Assembly (NCBI RefSeq): GCF_006345805.1
Contig: NC_042998.1
Coordinates: 76,632,001 to 76,696,000 of the forward strand
From: Octopus sinensis
Lineage: Eukaryota
Length of the DNA stretch: 64,000 nt
Reading direction: 5' to 3'
A model generated the notes under the pieces. It was not told the origin of the DNA. It did not search any database and was given only the letters and a program-made list of their open reading frames with translations. This document shows, in pieces, positions 36,773 through 51,305 of this stretch; the stretch's first letter is position 1, and each line of letters opens with the position of its first letter. The translations under genes and the position numbers were made by a program.

Positions 36773-39169
36773 ACATACATATATATATATATATATTATA
36801 TATACATACATATACATACACACACATGTATATACATACACCAATTTAACCTTTCTGTCCCTTCTCTTATTCTTTCTCTCGCTCTACTTTGCTTACTCTT
36901 GCAACTATCAACAATTTTTTATCTACGTTTTCTTTTGCCTAACTATCTTTTCCTCTCTCTATCTCAATGTTCCTTTCTCTATGATTTATCATCTCATTCT
37001 GGCCTATTTTCTATTTTCCTTTACTTCCTTCATTGTCACTGTGACTATGCCTCTTTTTTTGACTCGTTGATTTTTGACTAGTTCAATAGATGAGCTAGCA
37101 CGCTCTCTTATTTTATACATTTTATACAAGAAATCGTGACTTACAAATTTCTAACTCCAACTCTATCGGTACCTCTGTTTTTCTCTCCCTTTTTATTATT
37201 AACACTCTTAAGTGCACTATAGAGTAGACTTAAATATTTTTGGCCAACACTGCATGCAGAGACAAATGTAAACGTCTTGTCAGTGTATTATCGTAGACGG
37301 AGAAAGGTTGTGTCTGTGGGTGTAATTTCAGTCCCGTTCAAGGATTTCATTTTAAACTGAGTACCTTGACAGACATAGAACTTAGAAACAGATTTGAAGC
37401 ACCAGTAATTTATAAACCAAATTATCTACCAATAACACACGATGTATGCAAACTGGTCTATCCAGTTTAATCTCTTAGTAATAGTGGGTTTATAAGCAGT
37501 ATTTCAATTGTCAGTTAGAGTCTACGCAGTCGCTGATGAAATTTTAATGTAGGATTGGATCTAGTTCAACTGATCCATCTTTCACTGTCCATGAAGATAT
37601 CGTTTATACAGACAACGTGTTTACATCTGTTTATAAATACAGAGTTGACTGAAAATCTATAGATGTATTCTGCAGTCAATTATTGCATTGAAACAAGACA
37701 TCCAGCTGCCAAGTATACAATATGCATGCGAATTAGCCCATCCACTTTACATCGAACATTTTAGTATAAAAGTGGGTCTTTAAGTTGTTCTGAGCATTCA
37801 CCTTAATTAATTCCGTTGACATTTACAGAATATACTCAGATCGTAACATAAGACTGAAAGGAATTCGGGGCTGATCCGGTTTTCTCATCTATATATACAT
37901 ATATATATATATACTGTGTATACCACTGTCTACACGTACAATATTCTTTTTAAAAGAATCTTTAAGTCTATTGTATAGTATATAATAGCGTTAAAAAGGC
38001 CATTAAAGCACAAGTAATCCATTTTCTCTTCATACCTCAGTCCATCTGATTACTACTGCTCTGTCGTTATGCCCCCCATTAATTCTAACGATCTCTAGGT
38101 CTATACCAATAAATTGTAACTATCTTATCTCACAGCGTTTCATTTTTCTTTTATAGTCTGTCACCTCTCTGTCTGCTTATTTAACCGCGAATGAATCTGT
38201 CTGTACTTCTTTATGCCTATAAATTTCAATGAGTATCTTCACTTGTCTTTTGTCCATTTAAACATGCTTGCATTTACTCCCCTCTGTCTAACGTAGTTAA
38301 TTTTTCGGCTATCTGTATTTCTGAGTACCTGCTGTCAATCTATCTATGAACCTCCTACACTTCTGTTTGTCTCTGTCTTACCTTTTAATTATTTTGAGAT
38401 CCCTATTAAAACTATTTTGCTATTCTGGCAAACTAAGAGCTTTTGAAGTTGTCCATTATACACTATGATATAAAGAAAAAATTTGGCCCTCATCCTCTCC
38501 TTAATGATCACTAGTACGGCCTCTGTAGAACCAAATCTATGACTCACTCTCCTATATTCATCATGTTTCTTTCAACGCATGAGAACTTTAACGAAATTAA
38601 TGGCCGTGCATGCGACAACAGGGACAAATTGCTCACCTCGGGCTCCTTTTATCTCTTATGTGTATGTCAAATATGAAACACCTGAACACTATTCAGGCCG
38701 AACATCTACAAAGCTGACTGGGAACCGATTCGAAACGGAAGATACTGAAGCAAAACTGGCCCAAAAGTTTTTCTTTAAAAGACAATAATATGAAAATTAA
38801 AAAACTTATGTCAGTAATGCAAGCCACGTGCATTATATTTGTCTCAAAGAGACAATACACTCAAGAACATTATTTGTAGATACAGGTGAGTCCTTATGGG
38901 ATGAAGAATGATCTCAGATTGTTTAAATAAACGACTTAATGAAAACAAGGAGTCCCCTTTAAAGTGGCAACTTCATCGAAAATCAAGTTTCTCCCATGAA
39001 AAGGAGTGGGAAGAAAGAGGCATTAAAGTAACTCTAAGTGAATCCTGATGACTTCTAAATAATTGTAAAAGAGTCCGTTTCGGTGCGTAACAGTATAACG
39101 CTTTTGTTTGAAGAAAATAGCTCACCAATTGCAGACCCTTGAAGGATAAGTGAAATACTAAAATAAACA

Positions 39170-40090
39170 ATTCCAACGTATTTTCACTTCCCCACTGAGA
39201 AATATGCAAATGAGTTCTTGAACATCGCACATTACACAGGGAGGAAGCAATCATAGATTACATCAATATAAAAGTAATATCGGCCATTGATGAAACGAAC
39301 TTGAAATCAGCATCAGGCCCTGATGGTTTCCCAGTGATTATTTGAAAAACATGCAAGCAAGCTCTTGTTAAATAACTGTAGAACTTCCTTGCATGTGGCA
39401 AACTTCACAAAATGCTAAAAAGTATAGAATATGCCCCGTCCATAAATGTTGATGTGATAAATCTCTTTTTTGGAAAATCCTTCGAAGTGTTTGATCGCGG
39501 GATGGAGTTACAAACTACGTGACCTTAGTATAACTGGAGAACTCTGAGTATAGCTGCATGAGTTGCAACGGAGGTTGTTCTCTCCAAAGAGACATCCATT
39601 CTATGCGGAGCCCCTTTGGAAACTGTACCGGGACCTCTACTATTTTGGTGGCTTTCTCACATATGTTCTTAGACAAACAAACAGCCACTCACACTGGGTA
39701 CACGGATGACACAAGAATCCAGATGATAACTCGAAACTAAAAACTACAGACTGGTTAGAATGTGATATTCAAATGAGCTGAAGAAAATAATTTGCAATTC
39801 AATTCAGGAAACTTTGAAGCAGTCCGTTCTCAACCCGCAAAAGGTTTGGAATCAGAAAACAGACCACAATCAAGGAATTTTGCAATCTTGAAGTAACAGT
39901 TTGTACTTGATGTGATGGAGTCACATTTGATACGTGGTCATATGAGTAATGATGCATCGCTCTGTGTGTATATTACAAAGACAAGAATAATGTTCAAGCA
40001 ACTGACTGGTTGGGTTCAGCGATCATTCAGAAAAAGAAAACAAACAGAAAAACTTGGCTCAGTAAAATATTTATTCTCAGTTGCCCGGAC
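39170..40090 (+). mobile_element. Highly degraded CR1-like LINE RT region
   Basis: Fragments SASGPDGFP, CPVHK, QFNSGNFEA and a GWVQRSF-like segment; many disruptions. Confidence 0.55.
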
Positions 40091-40193
40091 GTCTAATTAT
40101 GGTTGCCACATAGCGTCAAACAAACAACAAATCGAAGACGTGAAAGATAGGTAGACATATATAGCTACATACATACATACATACATACATACA

Positions 40194-40260
<67 letters not shown>

Positions 40261-40335
40261 AAAAGTATGTTTGTATATAAATATGTATGTATATATATAT
40301 ATAATTTAAATACATATATAAATACATACATATAT

Positions 40336-40372
<37 letters not shown>

Positions 40373-40999
40373 TTGGGGAAGGGGGAAAGAAAGTAAAGAA
40401 TAAACTACCAGAGGTAAAAAGAGTGTGAGTGTATGAGTGTGTGAGAGAAAGAGAGCGAGAGTGACAGGAACTGGAGGAGAATAGTTTTGATTTTAGATCG
40501 AGTCTTACTGTAAAGTTGTGTCTTGTTACCTAATACCACCAAAAGCCTGAGACTGTTGGTTTCACGCGCCAAATTATGACTATCAATTTACAACTGTTAA
40601 TTAAAATCACACATTGATTCTCTTTATCGCTTTCTCTCTCTACTCTCTCTTTCTCTTTCTCTCTTGTTTTAGTCATAATATCTGCCTAATAATTTTATCG
40701 TTGCAGCGAATAACTAGACTACAATGTTTTCAGTTTTGTGAGTAAAAAGAAAAAAAAAAAAAAGAAAGAGAAAAAGCACTAAGAAAGAGAAAAAGCAATA
40801 ATTATTTTTACCTTTGATTCAGAATCAAACATGTAGAAAGAATAGGTGCACATCCGATAAATAACCCCTAGAACTTAACTAGTTCTTATTTTATCAACTC
40901 TCCAAAGACTGGAATGCTAAGATTAAACCAAAAAATTATATTTAAACCATTGGGGGATTTTTATACATTAGACAAGCGGTATCAAAAATGAAGACACAT

Positions 41000-41242
41000 T
41001 GATTTCAAATTTTGGTACAAGGCCAGCAATTTAGGGGAAGAATGAATTCGATTTTATCGATCCTCAGTCCTCAACTTGGTACTTAGTTTATCGACACCGA
41101 AATTGGTACTTATTTTATCGACCCGAAAGGATAAAAGGCAAAGTCGACTTCGGCTGAATTTGAACTCAGAATGTGAAGACGGGCGAAATACCGTTAAGAA
41201 TTTTACCCCGCATCCTAACGATTCTGCTGTCTTGCCGCCTTT
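41000..41242 (-). mobile_element. SINE family A with a small internal duplication
   Basis: ttggtacttagtttatcgac / ttggtacttattttatcgac repeated; head ends tgccgccttt. Confidence 0.8.
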
Positions 41243-41758
41243 GCAATTAAAGGAATGTCTGTAGATAAATAGCAATGAATAGCACTAACAATATAGTGCA
41301 CTCACCTAAGGTAATTCGGAGTCCCCTCACACAATATCCTTAATTACACGGACAACCAAGACAATTTCAACTTCCAAGTATTATTGCAGCCTACATTTAC
41401 GTAGTTCAAGTAGGGTTACTTAGCAATGCCATTTTTACCACTGACACCCAGAAATGGTATGCTTTAAAGCCCCGCCTTTCTCTTTATGTAGGACGTGATA
41501 TACGTAAAGAAGAAATCGTAGGCTTTTAATAGCGCCTACTATAAACCTCTTTTATTTTTTTTGCTAAGATCAGCAGACACAGGAAGACAAATCGCTCTAA
41601 TTTTTATTTTAAAACAAGGTGATGAATCGAACCTTATTATACACTCGGCTGCTGGCTAGATTCCTTCCGCACGAGGTAATTGTTATCAGCAATGCCCACG
41701 TCTGCACTGTTTTGTCTCTCGAGAAAGGTTCTTTGCTGTCAGTTGCCATACAGTTTCA

Positions 41759-42150
41759 AAGGCAGCGAACTAGCAGAAACGTTAGCACGCTGGGCGAAAT
41801 GCTTACCGGTATTTCGTCTGCCGCTACGTTCTTAGTTCAAATTCCGCCGAGGTGAGCTTTGCCTTTCATCCTTTCGGGGTCGATAAATTAAGTACCAGTT
41901 GCGCACTGGGGTCGATGTAATCGACTTAATCCGTTTGTCTGTCCTTGTTTGTCCTCTCTGTATTTAGCCCCTTGTGGGTAGTAAAGAAATAGGTATTTCG
42001 TCTGCCGCAACGTTTTGAGTTCAAATTCCGCCGAAGTCGACCCTGCCTTTCAGGGTCGATAAATCAAGTACCTGTTGCGTACTGTGGTCAATCTAATTGA
42101 CTGGCTCCCCCTCCCCGAGAATTTCGGGCCTTGTGCCTAGAGTAGAAAAG
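41759..42150 (+). mobile_element. Nested or tandem pair of family A SINEs with two different tails
   Basis: ggtatttcgtctgccgc at 41808-41824 and 41992-42008; first unit ends tagccccttgtgggtagtaaagaaata, second ends ccttgtgcctagagtagaaaag. Confidence 0.85.
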
Positions 42151-42704
42151 TAGCTATACAGTTGTTTTCGTAAATTTTTTTTCTTCCCAAAAAACAATAC
42201 CAGGTCAATAATATTTTCTTAGATTGGCACGAAATGACGAACTTTTTGGAAGTAGGGGTCTAGATAGTTATCTGGAAAGGCAAGTACCTCGTGGCCGATT
42301 CTTATGTTATCTACCACGAAATGATGACATGTAAAATTAACTGCAAAAAGTAACGTAACAAAATACTGCAAAACATTTTGCCTGCTCCCTACTCATTGCA
42401 CCCCTCACCGGCTTACACTGAAAATATTTTTGATATGAAATATTTTCATATTATTTATCTTCTCTGCAGTTTAGTTATACGCAAATTTATTTATATCACT
42501 TGCACTCCGTAATCTTGCTTTCTTCTTTGTAACGCCCATTACTCTATCAATAAGTGACACTGCAGCTTTTATGCACAAAGCTGAGTGTATCTCCAACGAC
42601 TTAATCTTGCAATCTGGGAAGGTTATGTCATATATATACATATACATACATACATACATACATACATAATACATACATACATATATATATATATATATTA
42701 TATC

Positions 42705-42736
<32 letters not shown>

Positions 42737-42843
42737 TTGTTAGTGTTTTGTGTGAATCTTTCTCTCTTCACCGCGCTCTATGTTTCTGTCTCTCTGTCTG
42801 ACTCTGTCTTCTGTCTCTTCTCTCTCTCTCTCTCTCTATCTAT

Positions 42844-42880
<37 letters not shown>

Positions 42881-43614
42881 GGTGTGGTGTGTGTGTGCGT
42901 GTGCGTGTGCGTGTGTATGTGCACGCGTCTGTGTATGTTTATGTATATGTCTAGGTATATGTATACATCTATATATTTGAATATAGCATCTTCTAGACTG
43001 AAAAGTAAAATATATGTGGCCCTGCTTATCTGATTTTGATAATTTAAATGGCCTGCACATGTTTGTTACATTGAATTAAAGCAGTGAATAATAGCGCCAG
43101 CTTAATATCTGTTTAATGCTTGTTTGTTCTCATGTGTATATAATAGATTTTCACACAAACACACATACACACTCACACACACATATACAACATGCATATA
43201 CGTACACACAAGTGCATGCGCATGTGTGTGCAAGAGGATGCATGTGTATGAGATGGACTTTAAATTTTCGGTGTCTGTGGCTTCTAAGTCAAACTACTTG
43301 TAGTCAAACTATGAAGTTACGGTCTATCAAATGTCATATATATTTCACCCGACACACACACGTCTGGGTGTCGAAACCATAATATTTTCCCGTAGAGGAT
43401 GTGGGAGCTGATGATGGGATGTTTACGTCCGTTTAAATCAAAATTGCTGTTGTTCATGTAGTTGTGTACACGTTCCAGTTTTTAGCTCAATGTCGAATGT
43501 GTTCTTCAGCATAGTGATTGTATCACCATTTGTCGCGTTAGTTTCACCTTTTGCTTGGAATGGGATCGGGTCTAGTTTTATTGCTTCTGTTGCTTCTCCA
43601 TTCTACATCAACAC

Positions 43615-44010
43615 TTACTCTTTTACTCTTTTACTTGTTTCAGTCATTTGACTGTGGCCATACTGGAGCACCACCTTTTTAGTCGAGTAAATCGACCCCA
43701 GGACTTATTCTTTGTAAGCCTAGTACTTATTCTATCGGTCTCTTTTGCCGAACCGCTAAGTTACAGGGACGTAAACACACCAACATCGGTTGTCAAGTGA
43801 TGTTGGGGGACAAACACAGACACACAAACATATACACTTACACACATATATATGATGGGCTTCTTTCAGTTTCCGTCTACCAAATCCACTCACAAGGCTT
43901 TGGTCTGCCCGAGGCTATAGGAGAAGACACTTGCCCAAGGTGCCACGCAGTGAAACTGAACCCAGAACCATGTGGTTCGTAAGCAAGCTACTTACCACAC
44001 AGCCACTCAA
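43615..44010 (-). mobile_element. SINE family B, full length and well preserved
   Basis: Head agtggctgtgtggtaagtagcttgc, B-box gggttcagtttc, tail gtcaaatgactgaaacaagtaaaaagagtaaaagag. Confidence 0.9.
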
Positions 44011-44554
44011 ACTTATATTTGTTGATCTTGATGGAAGTTTTAAAAAGTTCTTATAAACAGGAGATCAGTAAACTTGAGATGTTAAAATTATTGAATCAGA
44101 TATTGTTTTTACGATATGACCGATTGTAATATACATACAGTCATGTATATATATATATACAGAACCACCCAGCGAACACCCACCATGGGTCATCACAATT
44201 GCTTAAGGTAAAAATGAATTCCTCGCTCTTTCGGAAACATCAATCTTCTGTATTGACTGCTTTCCACCACTTTGATCTGTTTTTTGTGTTGAATACGTAT
44301 CGCCACCGTGGGCCACTGCATCGAACACTTTGAACATATAGCATGAATGAACTTACTTCAGACTATATATCAACTATACATGAACTCTAAGATGTGTATT
44401 ATAAATGAATTTCTTGTGTTTGACGGCATGAGCTGTCTTTTTTTATATATAACTTTTTTTGATAAGGTTCATTTCAGGAACTGAAACATGTTATAATGTA
44501 TATATAAAAATAAAAAATTGTATAATATAGCAGCATTTTCGAACTTCATTTTTT

Positions 44555-44625
<71 letters not shown>

Positions 44626-44907
44626 TGAGGTTCTGTTGAATTAGATATCTAAGTTGAAGCACCCCTGATCATGCGGTATTATCCGTACAACTCAAAGGTG
44701 AATAAAATCAAAATAAGCAACAGGATATCAAAAAGTGATGCCGTACTACCGTTTCGAACGATTCCATTTAATTGAACAATGATTGCATTGTTCAATTAAA
44801 TGGAGTCGCTTGAAACGGTCGTGCTGAATCACCTCTTGATATCCTGTTGCTTCTTTTGATAACACACACACAAACAAACAAACACACACACACACACACA
44901 CACACAC

Positions 44908-44973
<66 letters not shown>

Positions 44974-44974
44974 T

Positions 44975-45050
44975 ATATGGGTGGGCTGAAAAGTTCATGA
45001 GCTGACTATGAAGGAATGACGCTAGAACCGTGAAAGCTTGCCTGCATTAT
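44975..45050 (+). mobile_element. Mariner-like terminal fragment
   Basis: gggtgggctgaaaagttcatgagctgac resembles mariner TIR starts. Confidence 0.4.
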
Positions 45051-45054
45051 TTCC

Positions 45055-45175
45055 CTTGAAAGGATGAAAGGTAAAATCGACAACTGCAGAATTTGAACTC
45101 AGACAGTAAGGATGGACGAAATGCCGTTAAACATTTTGTGCAACCTGCTAACTATGCTGCCAGCTTGCCGCCTTT
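45055..45175 (-). mobile_element. SINE family A, 5' fragment
   Basis: gaaaggatgaaagg...gaatttgaactcag...gcttgccgcctt then (AAT)n. Confidence 0.7.
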
Positions 45176-45253
45176 TAAATAATAATAATAACAACAACAA
45201 CAACAACAATAATAATAATAATAATAATAGTAATAGTAATAATAATAATAATA

Positions 45254-45302
<49 letters not shown>

Positions 45303-45305
<3 letters not shown>

Positions 45306-45838
45306 GTGTTTCTCATGGCTTCTGATTTTAACTGATTGGAAGTGTTATCATGTACGTTACTTTGACTTGCTATAAAAGATGGGCTACAGCAAATATTCTG
45401 CTCAATACCACAGATTTACTTGTCAGTTGTTTGACTTTAACCAGGTCACCATATCCCTTAGTGGCCGACGATATGTGCATTTCTGATCACGAGCAGAAGT
45501 AGTGGGGCAGCATCATAGCCGTGTGTTGAAAGGAATTCTTAGAGGTTTGGATAATTCACCTTTGGAAACATGGGTGGTTTGTTCAACATTCTTAAACAAT
45601 CCTTACTCAGGGACCTTTTGAGCGGGATGGGCTACTCGACTAGAAGAAAATTCTAACTGCGTCCCAACTGCAAGGTCATGAGCTGTTTATCTTGGTATGA
45701 GATCACCATGTCGCGCACATATAGTTGTGATGCATGTGCCTGGTGTACCCTTATGAGACTGGTAGTCATGGTGGGTATACTGGGCTTCGTATATTTTACC
45801 CCAGTGTCACTTTGATGGCATGCACTGCTCTCTCACCC

Positions 45839-45840
<2 letters not shown>
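45303..45840 (+). mobile_element. Same ~500-bp (AAT)n-flanked repeat, copy 3
   Basis: Aligns along its length with 31845-32330; (AAT)n on both sides. Confidence 0.8.
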
Positions 45841-45903
<63 letters not shown>

Positions 45904-45998
45904 TGATAATAATAATAATAATGATGATGATGATGATGATGGTGATGATAATAATGATGATAATAATAATAATGATAATAATAATAATGATAATAATG

Positions 45999-46056
<58 letters not shown>

Positions 46057-46069
46057 TAATGGGCGCATA

Positions 46070-46970
46070 TCTATAGAAGGTCCGTTCATTTGCGCCACTC
46101 TCCCGCTTCATCCAGTTTCTTACAAATTTACGGAGGAGAAGCATTTTCCTCTCCACCTTCGCTTTCCTTTTCAAGTGGAACATGGTTATGGCTAAGCCGA
46201 AAAGTAAGTCTTTGTCTCTAGTCAATTTAGTTTTGACCACCATACAAAACCTCCTTCGTAAAATTCATCAGATAGAGGAAAACTACCTCCCTTTCGAATC
46301 AGGAGAAGGAGGTGTGGCGATCTCACGATGGAATCAGTCAATCGTTGGGACTGTCCCACATATTTTAACTACAGGATTCAGCAATTCTCGAACATCGTAC
46401 GAACGCGTGCAGAACGGTTTCGTCGCTCTACGTGCAGCTCGGAAGGTGCAGATGATGGTTCTGCAGTGTCTGTAGAATTTATCTCGAACTGCAGATTCCC
46501 CACCCTCAATACCCGGTAGCATTGCCTGGTCAAGGATTTCTGAAAATTACCCCTGGGTCCCAGATACCAAAAGTTCTCCGGAATGGTTTACTCTGGTGAT
46601 TTTCAGCGATGTCTAGATTCTCCCCGAGATCATCGTTGATTTTATCTACTACTAATATTCTATAATAATGCCATGCACTAAAATCTATCTAGCCATGAAA
46701 AGGGGCAAGGCACGTCGGTTGGGCAGTAATATCTGGCGGGAGCGAGCATGACCTACTCTCAACCTTACGCGTGCATTGCTTACTCTCAGCCTTTCTGTAT
46801 TAGCTTCAATTTCCAGCTCGTTATCGCCTCCCAATTCTTGACGAACTGGAGATCTGGACCAAACAAAACCTCGAACAATTTAACCTGTCAATCCGTCTAG
46901 CGCCTATACTGCTTTTGAATATGGATCTGCCTCTCTAGTCACCAAATTCAAGACCTACCGACTTCTCCGG
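46070..46970 (-). mobile_element. L1/Tx1-clade LINE ORF2, degraded C-terminal region
   Basis: NFQKSLTRQCYR...AVRDKFYRH (zf-RVT-like), SDETVLHAFVRC (knuckle), FHLKRKAKVERKML...FVRNW. Confidence 0.7.
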
Positions 46971-47199
46971 GTTAATATTTGCTTAGTTGATATATTATAA
47001 ACTGTTGGTGTATTAAAAATAATTGCTTCTAATATAGGCACAATACTTGAAATTTGTGATAGAGAATTAAGAGAATCATGGAAGGCAAAATTCATCGGAG
47101 TGTCATTTGAACTCAGCTCAGAACGTAAAGAGCGAGAAGGAACGTTGTAAGGCATTTGGTACGATACTCCAACGGTTTTGCCAATCCGTTACACTTAGC

Positions 47200-47370
47200 G
47201 CATTAAAAACAAAAACTGCAACGTCACTGCTTGGACAATCAGACGTTGAGTCTTGCTTATTATACAAAATGAACTTGTTCAAAAACCATTACAAAACAAA
47301 GAAAAAAAAATCTCTCGCATGCATTATTATGCTGTCTATAAACGGAACAAAACAAAACAAAGCAATACCA
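47200..47370 (+). repeat. ~150-bp dispersed direct repeat, copy 1 (copy 2 at 50815-50962)
   Basis: aaaactgcaa.g..actgct.ggacaatcagac.ttgagtcttgcttattata.aaaatgaacttgttcaaaaa shared. Confidence 0.85.
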
Positions 47371-47893
47371 AACAAAAAGTAAGGACCAAAGTATCAAGTT
47401 AGAGTAAGTTTCAAATTGGAAGAAAATTTTTTTTTAAGAAAATGGGGTCAAATTCAGGCGCAAAAGAAAAGGAAGCTAGATACATTTCCAAAATAGCTGC
47501 ATTGGAAACACCGTAAAGTTACCGTTGATATGATGAAGGGATAATATATTCTGAATTAAGAGTTGTAATTTCAGCAATAAAATTATCTCGATAATATATA
47601 CATCACAGAAAAGTAAATAGGCTAATGTTAGATAAAGGAGGCAGTATAGATAGTAATATAGTGATATCGCCAATTGTTGCACTGGAAGTGCTAAATAAAA
47701 AAAAAATAGATATAAATTTATAAAGGATAAAATTATAAAAATAAAATTAACAGAAATAGTTAAATATTGAATGGAGATGGAAATCGTATTTATTTGAAAA
47801 TATATCAAAATAAGTGTATAGCAAGTGAAAATATAATCCCACATGTTTTACTTCACATGTGTGTCAGTGTGTGTGCGCAGGTGTATGTGTGCA

Positions 47894-48012
<119 letters not shown>

Positions 48013-48039
48013 ATATCTATCTATCTATCTATTTATCTA

Positions 48040-48089
48040 TCTATCTAATAAAATTTTTCGTATCTTCTATCTTTATGTATCTCATTAGC

Positions 48090-48125
<36 letters not shown>

Positions 48126-48220
48126 ATAGATACGTGGAATCAGAAGCAGTACATAACACATACATACATACATACATACATACATACATACATACATACA
48201 TACATCTATACCATCTATCA

Positions 48221-48251
<31 letters not shown>

Positions 48252-48326
48252 TTATCTATCTATCTATCTAATAAAATTTTTCGTATCTTCTATCTTCTTC
48301 TGTATCTCATTAAGCTATATATATAG

Positions 48327-48371
<45 letters not shown>

Positions 48372-48412
48372 TACGTGGAATCAGAAGCAGTACAAACACA
48401 TACATACATACA

Positions 48413-48420
<8 letters not shown>
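48040..48420. repeat. Local tandem duplication of a ~230-bp microsatellite-rich unit
   Basis: ctaataaaatttttcgtatcttctatc and gatacgtggaatcagaagcagtaca each occur twice. Confidence 0.85.
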
Positions 48421-48462
<42 letters not shown>

Positions 48463-48473
48463 ATAATAATATA

Positions 48474-48530
<57 letters not shown>

Positions 48531-48620
48531 GTAGGTCCTGGGTTGAGTCGGGGTTAACCACAGTAAATAAGGTACTCAATGAAACAGTTCTAGTCCTGTA
48601 GAAGCTCCTTCTATAAAATA

Positions 48621-48686
<66 letters not shown>

Positions 48687-48689
48687 TAT

Positions 48690-48762
<73 letters not shown>

Positions 48763-48826
48763 ATATATATATATACTATATATATATATATATATATACA
48801 CATATATATTTATTATATATATACAG

Positions 48827-49229
48827 AGATGCAGCACGGACTTTGTCAGTGAACAGGTCGCGGATTTTAGCGACGAAAATATTTTGACAAATTAAACTAA
48901 ATGTTGAAGTGAATCGAACGGCTTTTTGTGTTTTCTTAAATGGCTTATAAACACCTTCCACGCTCTGCAATTGTTTTCGTTTCAGCACACGATCTCAGAT
49001 CAAATTACTTATATATATATATATAGGGAGATGTACTAGCATAGCAAGTAATTTGATCTGAGATCGTGTGCTGAAACGAAAACAATTGCAGCGTGGAAGG
49101 TGTTTATAAGCCATTTAAGAAACACACAAAAGCCGTTCGATTCACTTTAACATTTAAGTTTAATTTGTCAAAATATTTTCGTCGCTAAAATCCGCGACCT
49201 GTTCACTGACAAATATCCGTGCTGCATCT
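48827..49229. mobile_element. Fold-back element with 184-bp inverted arms and 35-nt spacer, possibly Penelope-type
   Basis: 48827-49010 is the reverse complement of 49046-49229 with few differences; spacer is (TA)n + gggagatgtactagcatagc. Confidence 0.7.
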
Positions 49230-50369
49230 GAAAAAGTAACAGTTAGTTCGTCATATATATGTACGTATGTATGTGTGTATGTAGGCATACATGTGTGTAT
49301 GTATGTATGCATGTACGTACATACTCCTGTGTATGCACGTATGTATGTATGTATGTATGTATGTATGTATGTATGTATGTATGTATGTGTGTGTATATGC
49401 ACGCACATACACACTATAAACATAAAGCTACAAACCTGTAGCGATGGACAGATGTAGAGTGACCACTCATCACAACAATATCAAATTTCAACTTCCCCCC
49501 GCCGAAGCCTGGAAGTGATTCACGACCCCCTACTCCCAAAACTGTACCCTAAAACCTATTATCAGATATTTATCTCTATATCACAGAACTTTTGTTTTAC
49601 TATTGTGCGTATGTATGTATGTATGTATGTGCGTATGTATGTATGTATGTGCGTATGTATGTATGTATGTATGTATGTATGTATGTATGTATGTATGTAT
49701 GTATGTGTGTATGTACATACGTACGCATGTGCGTATGTATGTATACGCGCACGTATGCATGTGCCCATGTATGTGTGTGCGTACATGTACGTGCGTATGT
49801 ACGTGTGTATGCCCATACGTAGGTATGTATGTATGTTTGTACTCATGTGCTACGTATGTATGTGAGTGTCTAGGAGAATGGGCAGACGTGTCTGTGAGAG
49901 TGTGTACATGTGTATGTGTATGTGAACGTATGTCCGTGTACTGGCATGTGTCCGTCCAAGTTGTGTACATGACTGTTACTTTGTTGAAGGTTGTATACAT
50001 ATTCACATATATGTTTGTATAGACGCACATACACGCATATATATATATATGTGTGGATGTGTGTTTGTTCCTCTCATTACCGTCTAACTGTGAATGAATA
50101 CAACGCCTAACTGCAACTGTACGTATCAAACAACGTACGCTCATACGGTTATATATAACTGCACATACGCATTGCAACATGTATGTAAGGACTACAAGTA
50201 AACGGAGAGAGAGAGAGAGAGAGAGAGGGGTGGTTATAGAATAGTCCTTCTGAATGGGATCTGGATGTTACTCCATTCGGACTTTCGGTTGAGAGTAGAT
50301 TTGTATTCTTGTATACAAACAGCTTCTGTGACCTGTCTCAACATTGCATCGGTGGGATGTGTTGAGAGG

Positions 50370-50404
<35 letters not shown>

Positions 50405-50571
50405 GCACAAACATGCACGCATACTCACATATGCTGTGTGTGTGTGCATGCATGTCTGAACATCCTGAACGTCCTTGTTTTCTTTGTATCGTCTATCTGG
50501 ATGTTTTGTTGTCCCTTTTTGTATCATCTAGTTGTCCGGATGTTTTGCGCTCTTGTCCATTTTGTATTTAT

Positions 50572-50606
<35 letters not shown>

Positions 50607-50660
50607 GCACAAACATGCACGCATACTCACATATGCAGTGTGTGTGTGTATGCATGTCTG
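50370..50660. repeat. Local duplication of an ~80-bp microsatellite-flanked unit
   Basis: atatgcacaaacatgcacgcatactcacatatgc at about 50401 and 50603. Confidence 0.8.
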
Positions 50661-51181
50661 CGCATTTTGTGCATATATATATTTGTATAACGATATCTAT
50701 TTATTCGTCTCTCTGTCTCTTCGTCTCTATGTATATAGAGAGAGATAGGGGAAGGTATGATTGGATGATCTCCACGCGCCAATATATGCAGTTTATAGAG
50801 CCATAATGGGGCAAATTAAAAACGAAAACTGCAAGGTTACTGCTCGGACAATCAGACATTGAGTCTTGCTTATTATATAAAATGAACTTGTTCAAAAAAC
50901 ATTATAAAAAAACGAATCTCTCAGATGTCTATAAAAGGAACAAAACAAAACAAAGCAAAAACCCCATACTGGCTCTATAAACTGCATATATTGGCTGCAT
51001 CCATAGTGTCACTTCATGTGCTGCCGAATAATGAAACATGAAACAACCAGAATAAAGGAGTACCAGTTTATGCCCATATTCTTTTCTCTTATCACACACA
51101 TATACACACATAAATGCCTGATGTACACCTGCATGTGTATGTGTGTATTTACATGTATACATGCATATATTTGTAATTGCG

Positions 51182-51213
<32 letters not shown>

Positions 51214-51216
51214 ACA

Positions 51217-51254
<38 letters not shown>

Positions 51255-51305
51255 ATATGAATGTATGTATCTATGATGTATGTATATATATTCGCCTTGT
51301 CTTAC

